A stretch of DNA of 64,000 nucleotides from Sphaeroforma arctica JP610 (Eukaryota): contig NW_014040341.1 of assembly GCF_001186125.1 (NCBI RefSeq), positions 39,929 to 103,928 of the forward strand. The letters are read 5' to 3'. Both the position numbers and the translations under genes were made by a program. The notes below the pieces were generated by a model. It searched no databases and was not told the DNA's origin. It worked only from the letters and a program-made list of their open reading frames with translations. Position 1 is the first letter of the stretch. Each line of letters starts with the position of its first letter. Shown here in pieces: positions 26,143 through 38,334 of the stretch.

Positions 26143-28292
26143 TTATTCTACATCTATATCCAATGCTGCAACCAGGGATTCCATATGTCTAGCGAGGTTG
26201 ATTTCTGGTACTCCGTGAGAGAGTGGGAACCCCAGGCATTTGGAGTGTTTCGGTTCGGCATGTGTGGGCGCCAGTTTCAGGGGGAGGTAACGTGTGCTCC
26301 AATGTGCGTCTGCAAGCGTCGGCGTAATAAGCTCACCATTTATACGAAGGGTTGGCGCCGCGTGTCGCAAGTCGGTAGATCGTACTCGGGGTTTAATGAT
26401 ACCCTGTTCGAGGCCAGATTTGCGTCCCCACGCATCAATGTCATCTAAGAAGGGCTGGAGCGAAACCGATCGAGGGGCTTGGATCCGTGTGTCATCGACA
26501 AATAAATAAGAGCGGAGGAGCTTGGGCCGAAATTGTGCTAGCGTGACAGCTAAGGAATTCATGTAGATAATAAAGAGCTGGGGGCCGATGATTGAGCCTT
26601 GTAGGATGCCATTCGTTCTATGAAATAGAGACGAGAGCGTGCCGCGGTATGTCACTCGGGTAGGGACCCTCCCAAACAGCGCGCGGGGGCAGTTGATCCA
26701 GTTTTCGGGCATTCCAGCGTGACGCAGAAGTACCCATAGGCGTGGGAGAGCGACCTTGTCGTATGCCTTGGTTATGTCCAGACAGACGTCGTTCCACTCC
26801 TCTTCTGACTGTGTCTCATATTCCATGGCGGCAAGTGCTTGGGTATGACAGGAGTACCGTGATTTGAAGCCAGCTTGGGTAGCATGGGTAGCAAAGCCGG
26901 GGTGGCTCGTAATCAGATTAAGAAAGCACTTTTTAAAGATGCGTCTGACTATTTGCGTAAGCGTGATGGGGCGGAAGTCGGCGGGGGAGGTGATATTTGC
27001 ATCGGCTTTCTTTGGGTGCGCTGTCAGGAGACTACAGTTCAGGGCTGCGGGGAAGGTACCCGCCTTCAGTAGCTCAGTGAATGCTTCGGCAAGGAGTCTA
27101 ATCAGTGGGCTATTGGCGTCGGGGCGTCCTAATGTACGGCGTTCGGTAGAGCGCTCCACTGCGGCCTTCAGGAGGAGGATGTGAATCTCGTCGGGGCCAG
27201 GTCCCTTATTGGGATAGCGTAGTATTGCCTCCATTACATCGTCAAGGCGTATGGTGGAAGTGACATCAGGAGAGGGTTCGGTATCCGGTGGAACCACGTA
27301 CGGGTTCGTAGAGTTGAATAGGGCCTCAAAGTAGCCAGCGAGGGTAGCGCCTGTGTCATCGGTACCCGGTATGCAGGGTTGGCGCGGAGACCGTCGTTGG
27401 TACGCAATATCTTTGAACATTTGAGCATTGCTTTGGGCGGTCAGACGTGGCCGGAACGAGTGCTTTGGCAGCCGCTGAACCCAAGGTCTGTTTAAGTCAT
27501 AATAGAACCCTCCAAAGATTTGTGGGTTAGTGGCATAGCGCCAGATGCGGTCGAGGATTCGTAGCAGCCCTTCCGCTGGTCCATGCACATTGAGATACGA
27601 CCGTAGTAGGTTCTGATGCGCCCGAATTTCGGCTTGGAATAGTCGCGCGCGGGATTTGTATTAAGGCTATATGTATAGTCGCTGTAGTATTTGTTATGAA
27701 TATGTATATACGTGTGGATATTGCTCTGCGATTGTGTTGTAGTATCGTAGCCGTTATACTTGACCTATGTGAATGGTATATGATAAATAAGACTACTGTA
27801 ATGTTAACTAATATCCTATCCTGTATATGTCGTGCAAGTATTATATTCATGTCTCAAAGTCTACGTAAGTTTACTTTATTATTAATAACGTGTAAGTGTG
27901 TATCCTCTCGTGCAGACGTCATTCATGCATGCAGCAAGGACGCAGCCCCGGCCAGACATACCAACAACCAAGGCCGCTCGAACCTTGGACCAGCCGTCGC
28001 CGTCGTCGACTCTCACGAGTTTGAATCCGCTTACGGTATGCAGTCACCACATTCGGATCATTAAAAGCATCCGCTGTCACCCATGTGGGAGAGCCCTCTA
28101 AACTCCGATTGCTGAGCTGCCTCATTGTGGCGGTGTGACATGATGAGCCGGAATGTCGATCTCCCTTCTTTCCATAGCGATTCATCTAGCGGTGGCTCCG
28201 TAGCCCGGTGAACTAGCCGAATAATCTCCACATTAACTGGACGGTCTCTGTGTTCCGGTGGTTTGCTGCCATCCTTCTCTCGTAGATGGTAA
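26143..28292 (-). mobile_element. Non-LTR (LINE-type) retrotransposon fragment with reverse transcriptase
   Basis: ORF 26143-27588: KGPGPDEI, DFRPITL, QAGFK, LDITKAYDKV, GILQGSIIGPQLFIIYM, LFVDD. An AT-rich interruption lies at ~27650-27900; the 5' part is cut by the LTR at 28293. Confidence 0.85.
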
Positions 28293-29054
28293 TGTAATAG
28301 CCAGACCTCCACATTAGACTCTATGTTATAAACGTACTCTTAAGCAGTACGTAAATTATAACCGGTACGAGGAACTTAAGTTTCCTAATGGTCTTTAATG
28401 GTTTTATTAATTAATACCTTTTCCATTTTACATATCAAATATTTGGACGAGGCCATAAAAAGGCCCCAGTAAAATACCAAACATAAAATTTGGTCTAGTT
28501 CTATTAATAGAACTATATTTACTTTCCAAATCTATTTATATCTGAATACTTCGGTAGCGAGATGGCTCAACCGAATATAGGTTTCTAGGGACTATTAATG
28601 TTACCTAGTTGATCCTCCGATCAGCCAACCAGATGTGACAGTCTGATGAAGGCTAAGTCGGTAATTCTTGATAAGTGGTAAGTTGTTGGGTAAGACAATA
28701 ACTAAGGACATCAAGAGTTTTTTTTCCTTTTTCTTTTCTTTTCTTTTTTTCTAAAGATAGGATTTTATGAGTCTCTCGGATTCGCCCCAACGAAACATAC
28801 CATAGTTTCTAATAGAGCGACAACGAAACACTAAACAAAATCCCTTCGGCGGAAACAGTACTGAGAGGATTATATTTAGGCAATGTCTCAGCCTCACAAT
28901 CCCTGAGAGTATTGCTGTTTTCACGAGGCATACCTAACTTTACTAAAAGTCTCATTTCGATTATATACTTTGATATTTTCACAATACTTAGAATTTACAT
29001 ACGCGTTTATATACTCTAAGGCGTTGATATTGCCTTAGTAGACCGAATCTTACA
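28293..29054 (+). repeat. 5' LTR of element 1 (~762 bp)
   Basis: Starts TGTAA and ends TTACA (possibly 2 nt further, at CACA); its extent is defined by the inverted copy at 38335-39106. Confidence 0.8.
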
Positions 29055-29238
29055 CATTTTAAAGTTAGCAAAGGTATTAATTACTTAGACTACTTCAGCG
29101 TCAAGGTAGATTAACTACTACAAAAAAAATATTGTCCAAGCTAGTCCTTAAGAGATCAGCTAGCAGTCATAAGTTAAGATTATAACCAAGAAAGACAATA
29201 CTCCTTCTAAGAAGCGTAGTATAGCTGAAAAGAAAAAG

Positions 29239-31353
29239 ATGGAGAGAGAAACCTCTGTCGCTGCTGATGCGTTTAACCGCACTGTAGCCGAAGCACTTGC
29301 CTCCGACAATAATAGTCAACAGGACAATGCTTCAGATAAGGATGTAGCCACTCCGATTAAGGAGACTACTCCCTTTGCCTCAACTTCAAAGCTTTCATTT
29401 ACGAAGCCAAGAAGTGAGACAAGGGACACGTCTCAAGACGCCCCAACCCATTCTTCTGACGAAACTCAGAAAGAAAAGTTCCCAATTATAAGGGAGTCCC
29501 CAATTATAGGGGACAAGGACAAATCTCAAAAAGATCCTATATTGGAACCAGAAGAGGAGGCAAGCTCAAGTGGCAACCCCGAATCTGCGTCCGAGATTAC
29601 TAAGCTAACGCGCATAAGTAAGATAATTACTGACAACACTGATCTTAAGAATCAGTTAGCTACCCTTATGAAAGACTTGACTGTTGAGGATAACATACAC
29701 AGCACTTACGCGAGCATGTTTCTCCGGGATTACTGAAGCCCTACAGAAGTGAACAAAACGTCGACAGGCAATTACGCCCGAAGAACGTAAAGACTCGAGC
29801 GCTACACCTGTGGCATATGAGCCAGATGTGCTCAGCGTATCTATACCTAACGAGGTACTACCACCAGAACTTCAGGCTAATTACTCGCCTGTTCTGACAC
29901 CCGGCCGTGAGTCACCCATCCTTGAGGGTATTATAGACCCAGAGGCAGGTAGAAATACTCCGCCACTTTTACCCAATTGGGATGACAATCGTCGGAAACC
30001 AGTTAAAACTGGGTATGTTATCCAGACGCATGAATCACTCAAGATTATAATATCAACCACTATCCGAGGAACAGAGCACCGAAGGGCTTCAACCATGGAC
30101 TTTACAAGGGGTAATAAACACCCCCGTAAACGTGTTAACGAAGTCGAATTTAATCGCTTCGATCGCACAGCACTACATCAATCCGCAGAGAATTTTCACT
30201 TTGACGAGGTGACCGAACTTAACAAATCGGTCGACGATTATACCATTAAAATGGAAATCGCCCACGATGCGCATCATGCTGAGGATGTATTATACTTTGC
30301 TAATATGATTGCGATTAAGCAAAAGCGCATCGATCAGCTACTTCAGGCCCAACGTGGACAAGACCACAGGGATAATCAGAAGTACAAAGACAGATCAGTC
30401 GACTTAAGTCGAACTGGGATGCCAACAGTAAGCAAGTCGAGTTTATAAACATCCATGACCTCGACACGCTAACCAGTACGCTTAATGCGTTTACGGTCAT
30501 GCTGGAGACGAATGATATCGCTCCCCAGCAATGGATCTCTGCTGCAATGCAAACGTTTGACCCTACAGGTACAAGTTATTTGATCCTGCAGCGACACCAA
30601 CATGGGCTAGACACTTGTCGTGACTGGCCAGCTGTGTATTGGTTGGTTACATCCTTGTTAAGTAAGGACATGCGTAGCCTAGGACTGAGTTCAATTTTAA
30701 CTGAACCAGTTGAGAACACGCCCATTCAGAGTTATATTCTGAAGCTAGATGCTGACCTGAAACGTCCAGATATAACAAAGGACAAGGCACAGCGATGGTA
30801 CGAGCATCTGGTTATGCACGTGATCTGTAAGAACATAGGGAATAACGACCATGAGAGCCTGTACACCGAGTTACGACGTAAACACGCGACTGAGGCTCGA
30901 GACAAGGGACATAAAACAAAGTTTTATCTATTCCGACTTATGTTGAAACATTATGATACTGTATCCACCCTTTTCCCCGCACACCGAGTAACATCGAAGG
31001 GAAAAGTGGCTGTTAAGAAGCCGCGGGAGCACACCGATCACGAATACGTATCCAGGCAGACCTCAAACGAGAGACCCCAACATACACGTGCTCGCGACTC
31101 CACTCTATCCACGCGACCCAATAAACGGGCACGCGCGGAGGCGAAGGACAAGGAACCTCCATTTAAGGAGATTAAGAAATGTGCCGACGCACAGTGCGGG
31201 TATGACATGTACCAATTGACCCCTAACGGTTATTGGAATGGCAGGCATGCATTCACCTGTACACACTTTCTTTTTAAGTGCGACAAGTGTGAGAAGACCA
31301 ATGGCTATCACACTAAGTCTTGTGACAAAAAGCCCGACATTAAGTTGGAGTGA
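29239..31353 (+). pseudogene. gag: gag of element 1, frameshifted (ORFs 29239-29736, 29810-30448, 30499-31353)
   Basis: Lies between the LTR and the protease; C-terminal knuckles CADAQC..H..C and CDKCEKTNGYHTKSC. Confidence 0.7.
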
Positions 31354-31693
31354 AAGTACTACCAGGTACAATCGTTACACAGACAATACAACGACTCTTT
31401 AGATGAGCGTGTAATAATCCCTGTATACTGCCATGGAAATAAAATCCTTGCATTGATTGATCCTGGTTCAGAAATTTCATGTATATCCGATCGCTTTGCA
31501 TTAATGTAAGATATCGAAAGGAGAAGTACTACCAGGTACAATCGTTACACAGACAATACAACGACTCTTTAGATGAGCGTGTAATAATCCCTGTATACTG
31601 CAATGGAAATAAAATCCTTGCATTGATTGATCCTGGTTCAGAAATTTCATGTATATCCGATCGCTTTGCATTAGTGTAAGATCTCGAAAGGAG
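31354..31693 (+). repeat. 170 bp tandem duplication covering the aspartic protease active site
   Basis: 31354-31523 and 31524-31693 are nearly identical; both encode KILALIDPGSEISCISDRFA. Confidence 0.9.
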
Positions 31694-32099
31694 AACACAA
31701 ACAACTCACCTCATTTTAGCATATGATAAAACTTCTACGTGTGATACCATGGCCACAGATGTTAAAATCTCCCTGGCCGATGATAGGAGTATCACTACCC
31801 AAGCTGTGATAGTTAAGATGTCACAGAAGTACGACATTATAGTCGGAATGAGCGATTTGCTCACTCTAGGTATAACCGTAACTGGTCTACCAAATAACAT
31901 AGATCCATTAAGGGATCAGTCAGACGATAACTGTCTGAATCCATATAAGCCCCCGTCAGACACAGTCAAGGCATTAATACCTGACTTTGCGAACAAAATC
32001 ATAGATCTGATTCTAGTTAATAAGAAGATAAAAATCACAGATTGGGCAAAATTCCGTTTTAACGACGGGTATGTCAGCCTAGACTTAACCAAGGTGGAT

Positions 32100-33305
32100 T
32101 TTATACAGTCAAAGTGTCCCTCAAGGAACTATGTATCCTGGAGACATGAGGCTGTGGTACAAGGACAAGTTGAGAAATGGCTAGCAGATGGAGTGATAGA
32201 AATTAACTATCAACAGACGTCAGTTAACTTGGCACTGACATAACTCTGACGGATCATTTAAAAAAGTCAGAGTATGTTTAGATATGAGTCCGATAAATAA
32301 ATTATTGCCGACTCATAGCTTTCACTTACCTCGTATTAACGAGCTACTGCGAAGCATGGAAGGTGCTACAGTATTTACAACTATAGACTTTATATAAGGA
32401 TACCATCAAACGCAGGTATATGAACCAGATCGTAAATAATCTAGTTTTACATGGAAAGGTAAACAATACAGGTTCAGAGGTGCACCTTTCGGGTTNNNNN
32501 NNNNNNNNNNNNNNNATAGATGACATAGTCATCTTTTCTAAAACTAAGGGCGAACACGCCGCATTAGTCGGACGAGTCCTTAAGAGACTCAACGAGCAAC
32601 ACTTCAAGATTAACGAGAAGAAATACTTCGCAATGAGCGAAATACAGCTCTTAGGCTACCATATATCTGGGGAAGGTATTAAAATCGACCCCGGTAAGGT
32701 AGAACACCTGTTAGATTGGCGAACACCATTTACAGGAAGAGATGTTAACAGCATGTGTGAGTTTGTATACTTCTTTTCAAATGGAGTACTACACTTAGCT
32801 GACTACCTTAAACCTTTTGGACACAAGATATCATAAAAGTAAACTAGGAGACTTGTGGACTAAAGAGTGTGATGACGCATTTAAAACGCTCAAACACGCA
32901 GTCCATCAAGCCCCTGTTGTACAAGGACCGATCGATGGCGTGCCGTTTGAAATAGCAACGGACGCCTCCGATTTAGCCTTAGGAGGAGTATTATATCAGG
33001 TTATAGATAACAAACCTAGATATATACAATTCTTTAGTCGAGCAATGAATGCTTCACAGTTGAATTATCCAACTGTTAAACAAGAGCTATTAGCCATAGT
33101 GGCAGCTCTAACACACTTCCGAGATTACTAATATGGAACAGCATTTACGCTGATGTGTGATCAGAAATCTCTTCAATATATGAAAAAGATGAACCCCGAC
33201 TCACAATTACTGAGTCGCTGGCATGATACAATATCAAAGTTTAATTTTGATATAAAACATCTGCCAGGAATACATCACCATTTACCGGAAATGTTATCAC
33301 GCTTC
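32100..33305 (+). pseudogene. pol: Gypsy-type reverse transcriptase and RNase H with stops and frameshifts
   Basis: VEKWLADGVIE; KVRVCLDMSPINK; FTTIDFI*GYHQ; GAPFG-gap-IDDIVIFS; LLGYHIS; PFEIATDASDLALGGVL; NYPTVKQELLAIV; FNFDIKHLPG..LSR. Confidence 0.9.
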
Positions 33306-33347
33306 GTACCGAACTTTAATAAATCCGTACGTGAGTTACTAGCCACT

Positions 33348-33746
33348 GACTGGAAATGTAATCCCAGGTAGTTTGAACTGGCTCAAAATATAATTAGGCC
33401 ACATACCATAGATATGTTTGCTGCACATCATAATGCACAACTATCGAATTACAGGACTTTAAATCATCCTTTGGGAGAAGCCTTTCAAATAGACCTCTCC
33501 AAACATAATGCGTGGGCTAATCCACCATGGCAGTTAATTGCCCAGCTATTAAATTTTGTTCATATACATAAAGCTACCATCACGTTGTGTTGCCCATTAC
33601 GGAGTAAAGATCCATGGCTCAATAAATTAATAAGCATGATACAATGCGAGCCAATACATTTAAATAGGGAAGTAGATACTTTCCTATATCAGGGTACCCG
33701 AGCCGTCCAGAAGACGCCCTGGAGACATACTATAATATGTCGTATA
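33348..33746 (+). CDS. DNA N6-adenine methyltransferase-like (phage Dam / DIRS MT type) domain within pol
   Basis: DWKCNPR*FELAQNIIRPHTIDMFAAHHNAQL..EAFQIDLSKHNAWANPPWQLIAQLL..KATITLCCP....PW...L...EPIHL. SAM-binding-like IDMFA and catalytic NPPW (33519-33530). Same frame as RNase H and the integrase N-terminus. Confidence 0.85.
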
Positions 33747-34199
33747 GGTCCCATTGGAATAACCAAATGGACCCCTTCTGAGACCTTCCTTAACAAGGTC
33801 AAAGAATCAGAGGTTCCACTCTCTACTAAATTGAACGTCAAGCAGTTCAAAGGCAACACAGCACTTGAAGTCTGTGCACAAGAAATACAATCTACTAATG
33901 ACACTACTGCTAAGAAGCGTCAGTCTCTAGCTAGAACTCTGTTTAGTAACATAAAGTCCAAGCCCGAGGTCTTTCAAACCCTATTTCCAAAGGGATTAAT
34001 GAAAAACAATCCTGAAGCGTATAAACATATAATGCGACTATTTAATAAGTCAGGTGTATCTAACGCACATGAGCATACTTATAACACTCATGCGAAAGCA
34101 GGACAGGAGTCTTGAAATACTACAGACTTAGAGACCACGCAAGTGGATTCTCAACACCCTACCTTTATTCTGGAGGAGCAGAATGATGAAAACATTCTT

Positions 34200-35391
34200 G
34201 CTTGGCTGACGCAAAATCATAAGCTGAAGCACCAAAACGTAGTAGACGCACTTAAAGATGCTAAGCGAAATGGGATCGCGTACCCTAAGCTGGCAACTTT
34301 AGTTGACAGAGTATATCCGTCATGTACAGACTGTGATCTCAATCTGATCAAGCGTTATGGGTTCGCACCGCTTAAGAGTGTGACTGATGATGTTCCATAG
34401 CGCAGGGTCATCATTGATCTGGTTAACCTACCCACGTCCGAGCACACAGGCGACCGTTACGTATGCCACTTCTTTGATGTGACATCACAGTTTAATTTGC
34501 TTTATCCATTAAAGGATAAGAATACGCAGACCGTGGCAGAATTATGTTGCCAAGTCTTTGCTGACCACGGGTGGCCAGGTATTATGTGCACTGATAACGA
34601 TAGTGTGCACTGAAAACGGTAGCGAGTTCTACGATGACGTAATGGAATCGCTAGTACTCGTATCAGGCATATGCCATAAAAGAGGTGTGCCATACAAGCC
34701 GCAAACGCAAGGCACGAATGAAACGCACCATAGAAGACTTAAGTTCTTCTTGCGTACTGCATTAACGAATGATGCAGATGATTAGCCGTACCACCTTAAG
34801 TGGGTACAAACACATATGAACGAGTGTGCTGATCCGGTTACAAGAACTACACCCGCTCACTATTTTCGTGGCGGATATAGTGAGTTACAAATACCCTTTA
34901 ACAAGGACGAACCTGATCACCACGAGTTACCATGGTTAGAGAAGGTACAACGTATTTATAACGTTGTATATCCTTGCTTGCGAGAAATACGCAATATAGC
35001 CTTATTAAAAAGGCAAAAGCGTTGGAACCCTACCAAGAAGATAGCAGAGTATCAGGTCGGTGACAGAGTTAATATCCGTCAACGTAATTCCGATGCTACT
35101 GTATTAACATCTAAATGGATAGGTTCATATATAATCTCTGTAGCAGACACTAAAAGTGGAATATACGAGGTAAATAACCCCGATGGTTCTAGTGCGCTTA
35201 ATATAGGCACAAGTCGTATTCCGACTACAGAGATTATACTCGTAAGAAGACATGACTCTAATGCCCCTCTTGATCGTTCTGAATTTAACGACACTATATG
35301 GAGAACGGATAAGGGAGGCTATACATACTATCGTACACGCTTTATCGGACCTGATAAGTTGTTAGAGTACAATGTAGTAGACTTAAAATAA
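34200..35391 (+). pseudogene. DDE integrase of element 1 (HHCC zinc finger, core, C-terminal extension)
   Basis: HKLKH..CTDC; P*RRVIIDLVNLP; FDVTSQF; TENGSEF; VPYKPQTQGTNE; YQVGDRVNIR..LTSKWIGSY (GPY/F-like). Confidence 0.85.
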
Positions 35392-35876
35392 AGTGCAAAT
35401 GTATGTATTTATTTCTGACCTCACCTTTGGTTTTATACCTAAAGTGTTTGTGCTAGTGTTCAGCCGCTTGGGCTGGCCAGGGTAAAAACTCAAATGGTCA
35501 GTATGAGAAACCTTATGCGGAACACTTTAACACTTCGATGCTTTTCTATTTCAACTTCTCTGCAACTAATCTCACGCTGATCACATGAGGCCTTTCCGCA
35601 TAGGTTGTGACTCACATAGAACCGCAGCTATTAGTAATATGTTGTGGTTGACAGGCTTAATCCACTCTCGGGAATCGGTTGAGAAACCAAATCTGCTCTC
35701 GGAAGTCGGTTAAGTAATAACTCAACTCTTGAGAGTAATTTGAGCAACTTGATTAGCTCTCGGGAGTAAGCTACCTCTGATGACTTAGCTCTCGGGAGTG
35801 AGCTAATTCTGATGACTTCCATAAATCAAAGATGGTTTCTTGCTGTAAAATCTGGCCTGAGATCTGTAATCTCTCA
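35360..35876 (-). repeat. Possible Copia-type LTR truncating the 3' end of element 1
   Basis: On the minus strand, PPT-like TTGAGGGGGGG (35887-35877) is directly followed by TGAGAG and ends ..CTCTAACA at 35360; it lies downstream of a minus-strand Copia RNase H; internal short repeats (tagctctcgggagt). Confidence 0.35.
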
Positions 35877-36283
35877 CCCCCCCTCAATTTTACAATCAAC
35901 AAGGGCTGAAGTCTGAAGGCTGAAAATTGGAAACTAAAGACTAATGAAGGCTGAAGACTTAAGACCTGGATTGTGAAATTGCTGACTTTGTAGATGGATT
36001 GGGCGATAAGTGTTGAACCAATGTATATTTGTCGAAGACGATTACGAATTGGTGCTGTTGAGTATTGTCTCGATGAAAATTGTTGAAAACGTTGATTTTT
36101 CTGAAAAGTAGACGATCTCCTGTACAATGACAGGCTTCACGACTGGCGTGGATAATCTTATGTACGGTGGACAGGCATCACAATTTCGCAGGTAAAAATA
36201 CTCGAGATTTTCTTGAAAAATGAATTTTGCTTACTGAATCGGTGTATGGGGGGGGGGGGAGCAGCCAGTGTTAGGTTGTGGTC

Positions 36284-36796
36284 CCTGTAGGGCCTGTGGG
36301 CTGTGAAATTCCCAATTTTGTTTGTATCCTGCGAGTGAATTTCTATACAAATTGTCACAGGTATGCAACTTTTACGATATCACGCAAAAAATTAAAACCA
36401 GTAAGTTACTAATATTATGTGTATTGATGAATACAAATTGTCTGCGGGATTCAACTCTAACTTCAGAGTATTTTATGTCAAAACACAGTCGCACAAGTAA
36501 ATACTTGGGTGTTTATCGATAGGAACAATTATATGGGTTTTCCTGTAGGGCCTGTGGGCTGTGAAATTCCCAATTTTGTTTGTATCCTGCGAGTGAATTT
36601 CTATACAAATTGTCACAGGTATGCAACTTTTACGATATCACGCAAAAAATTAAAAGAACCAGTAAGTTACTAATATTATGTGTATTGATGAATACAAATT
36701 GTCTGCGGGATTCAACTTTAACTTCAGAGTATTTTATGTCAAAACACAGTCGCACAAGTAAATACTTGGGTGTTTATCGATAGGAACAATTATATG
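36284..36796. repeat. 258 bp-period tandem duplication
   Basis: 36284-36535 and 36542-36796 are near-identical. Confidence 0.9.
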
Positions 36797-36982
36797 AACA
36801 AATATATAGTTATATATTGCGTGTACATTATTTATAATTTCATTTTTACGTATAATACAAACAGTTTGTACACACTCTTTTCACAAGGTACGATATATCT
36901 GTATATTTTGCAGTCAGAGATAGAAGCACAAAGCTTTTGGTACCTGCTTACCTTAAAATACTTACCTTTATTATAAATTGGA

Positions 36983-37245
36983 CTATGTTGATACTGGCAT
37001 CCGAGTTATTAGTCTGTCGCGTATGTCGGTAAACTTCTTTCGGCTGAGTGGCTTCGTGAAGAAACCACTGAGTAGCTGTCCTGAAGGTATGTATTTTAGC
37101 TTGAGGATGTTGTTCGATGTGAGTTCCCTGATGTGATGATATCGTAGATCGACATGTTTTGTACGGCGGGATTTCGTGATACCATTTCCCATCAGTATTG
37201 CTGACTTGTTGTCCTGTTCTATGTTGGTGGGTTCTACGAGCGGAA
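36983..37245 (-). mobile_element. Ty1/Copia RNase H C-terminal fragment
   Basis: EQDNKSAI..RRTKHVDLRYHHIRE..LKYIPS..QL..FFTKPL..KF is the Copia pol C-terminus. Confidence 0.88.
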
Positions 37246-37780
37246 TGCCGATGCTGACCATAATGGGGTTGTTAGTGATGTTGCTGAGGACAGTCCGAGT
37301 GTGAATGATGCCTTAGGGGCGTCGTTGGCTGGCACGGAGTGGGTCCAATTGGATGCGCCGGCGAGTTTGCAGTCAGGTGAGGTCTTGCAGCCTAAGGACA
37401 CTTTGGCTAGCCCGGGGCCAGTCCAGTCGGACGTACCGAGCACTTTGAATTGGGTGGGGTCGTGGAACCAAGGGACACCACCTTGGCTAGCACGGGGACA
37501 GATTATATGCAGGATCCGTTCGCGAGTATGATGGGTGAGGATTTTGGATCCAGTGACACCCCAGCTCTCGACGAGCAAGCCATGGACGACAGTGCATTTC
37601 TTGTACTTTTACATGCACAAAAATTTTATTATTGTTGTTTTACATTTAAGCAAGATTTTGCAGATTTGTGAGTCGGTTGTCAGTTGTCACACTCACCGGC
37701 ATTTGAACCTGACAAAAATAGAAAAATCAAATAAATTTTTTTGCGTCGAAACCAGTTGTCATAATTTTCATTTACAGCAC

Positions 37781-37941
37781 TGGAAAGTCACTAAATGTAC
37801 ATAAAAAAGGTCTCTATATGTACTTTTTAAACTTCATTTGAAACGAGTTTGAGGAAGAACTTGAATATCACATTTAGCGAATTTGATTGAGCAATTAGAA
37901 AACGTACCCGTATATTTGTATGTACATTCAGTGACTTTCCC
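37781..37941. repeat. Small inverted-repeat-bounded element (MITE-like)
   Basis: ggaaagtcactaaatgtacata (from 37782) pairs with tatgtacattcagtgactttcc (37919-37940). Confidence 0.5.
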
Positions 37942-38334
37942 ATGTAGGCCATGTACACTTAGAGTATTTCCTCATATCAAAAGGTGAAGATGTGAAAATC
38001 AAAGGTGACACTGGAGCCGATACAATCCGACGAGCGTAAACGAAGGTGCTGACAATGAAAACGGTGACTATGAGCCTGAAGTATGACAAGGACTCGAGGC
38101 TGAAGAGATAAAACTTCCGAGTGAGGCTGTTGACTTTCTCGTCGAAACACCAAGAGCCCCTAGACGCCCTTCATTTGCAATATGCGCTAAAGTAGGATTC
38201 CAAGAAAGAATGGCTGAGGAGTGGATGAAAGAACGCAAGGCGACAAGATATGCGAAAGAGGGGCCAAAGCAAGTGCAACTCGCTTGATTCACCGATGTAT
38301 GTCTGAGATTTGGGATAAAGACTCTATACGGATG

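Larger units (their letters stand above)
28293..35391 (+). mobile_element. Ty3/Gypsy LTR retrotransposon (element 1), decayed, 3' LTR missing; order gag-PR-RT-RH-MTase-IN
   Basis: 5' LTR TGTAA..TTACA; gag with Cys/His knuckles; protease ALIDPGSEISCI; RT RVCLDM..LPRI..GYHQ..IDDIVIFS; RNase H IATDASD..ELLAIV..CDQKSL; integrase H-H..CTDC, IIDL, TENGSEF, PQTQGTNE. Confidence 0.92.

Noticed and set aside
28293..35391. Classifying element 1 as DIRS because of its MT domain
   Set aside because: It has an aspartic protease, Gypsy-type RNase H, a DDE integrase and TG..CA LTR ends; no tyrosine recombinase is visible.
36247..36290. G-run followed by TGTTAGG as the PPT and 3' LTR of element 1
   Set aside because: The downstream sequence has no similarity to the 5' LTR at 28293.
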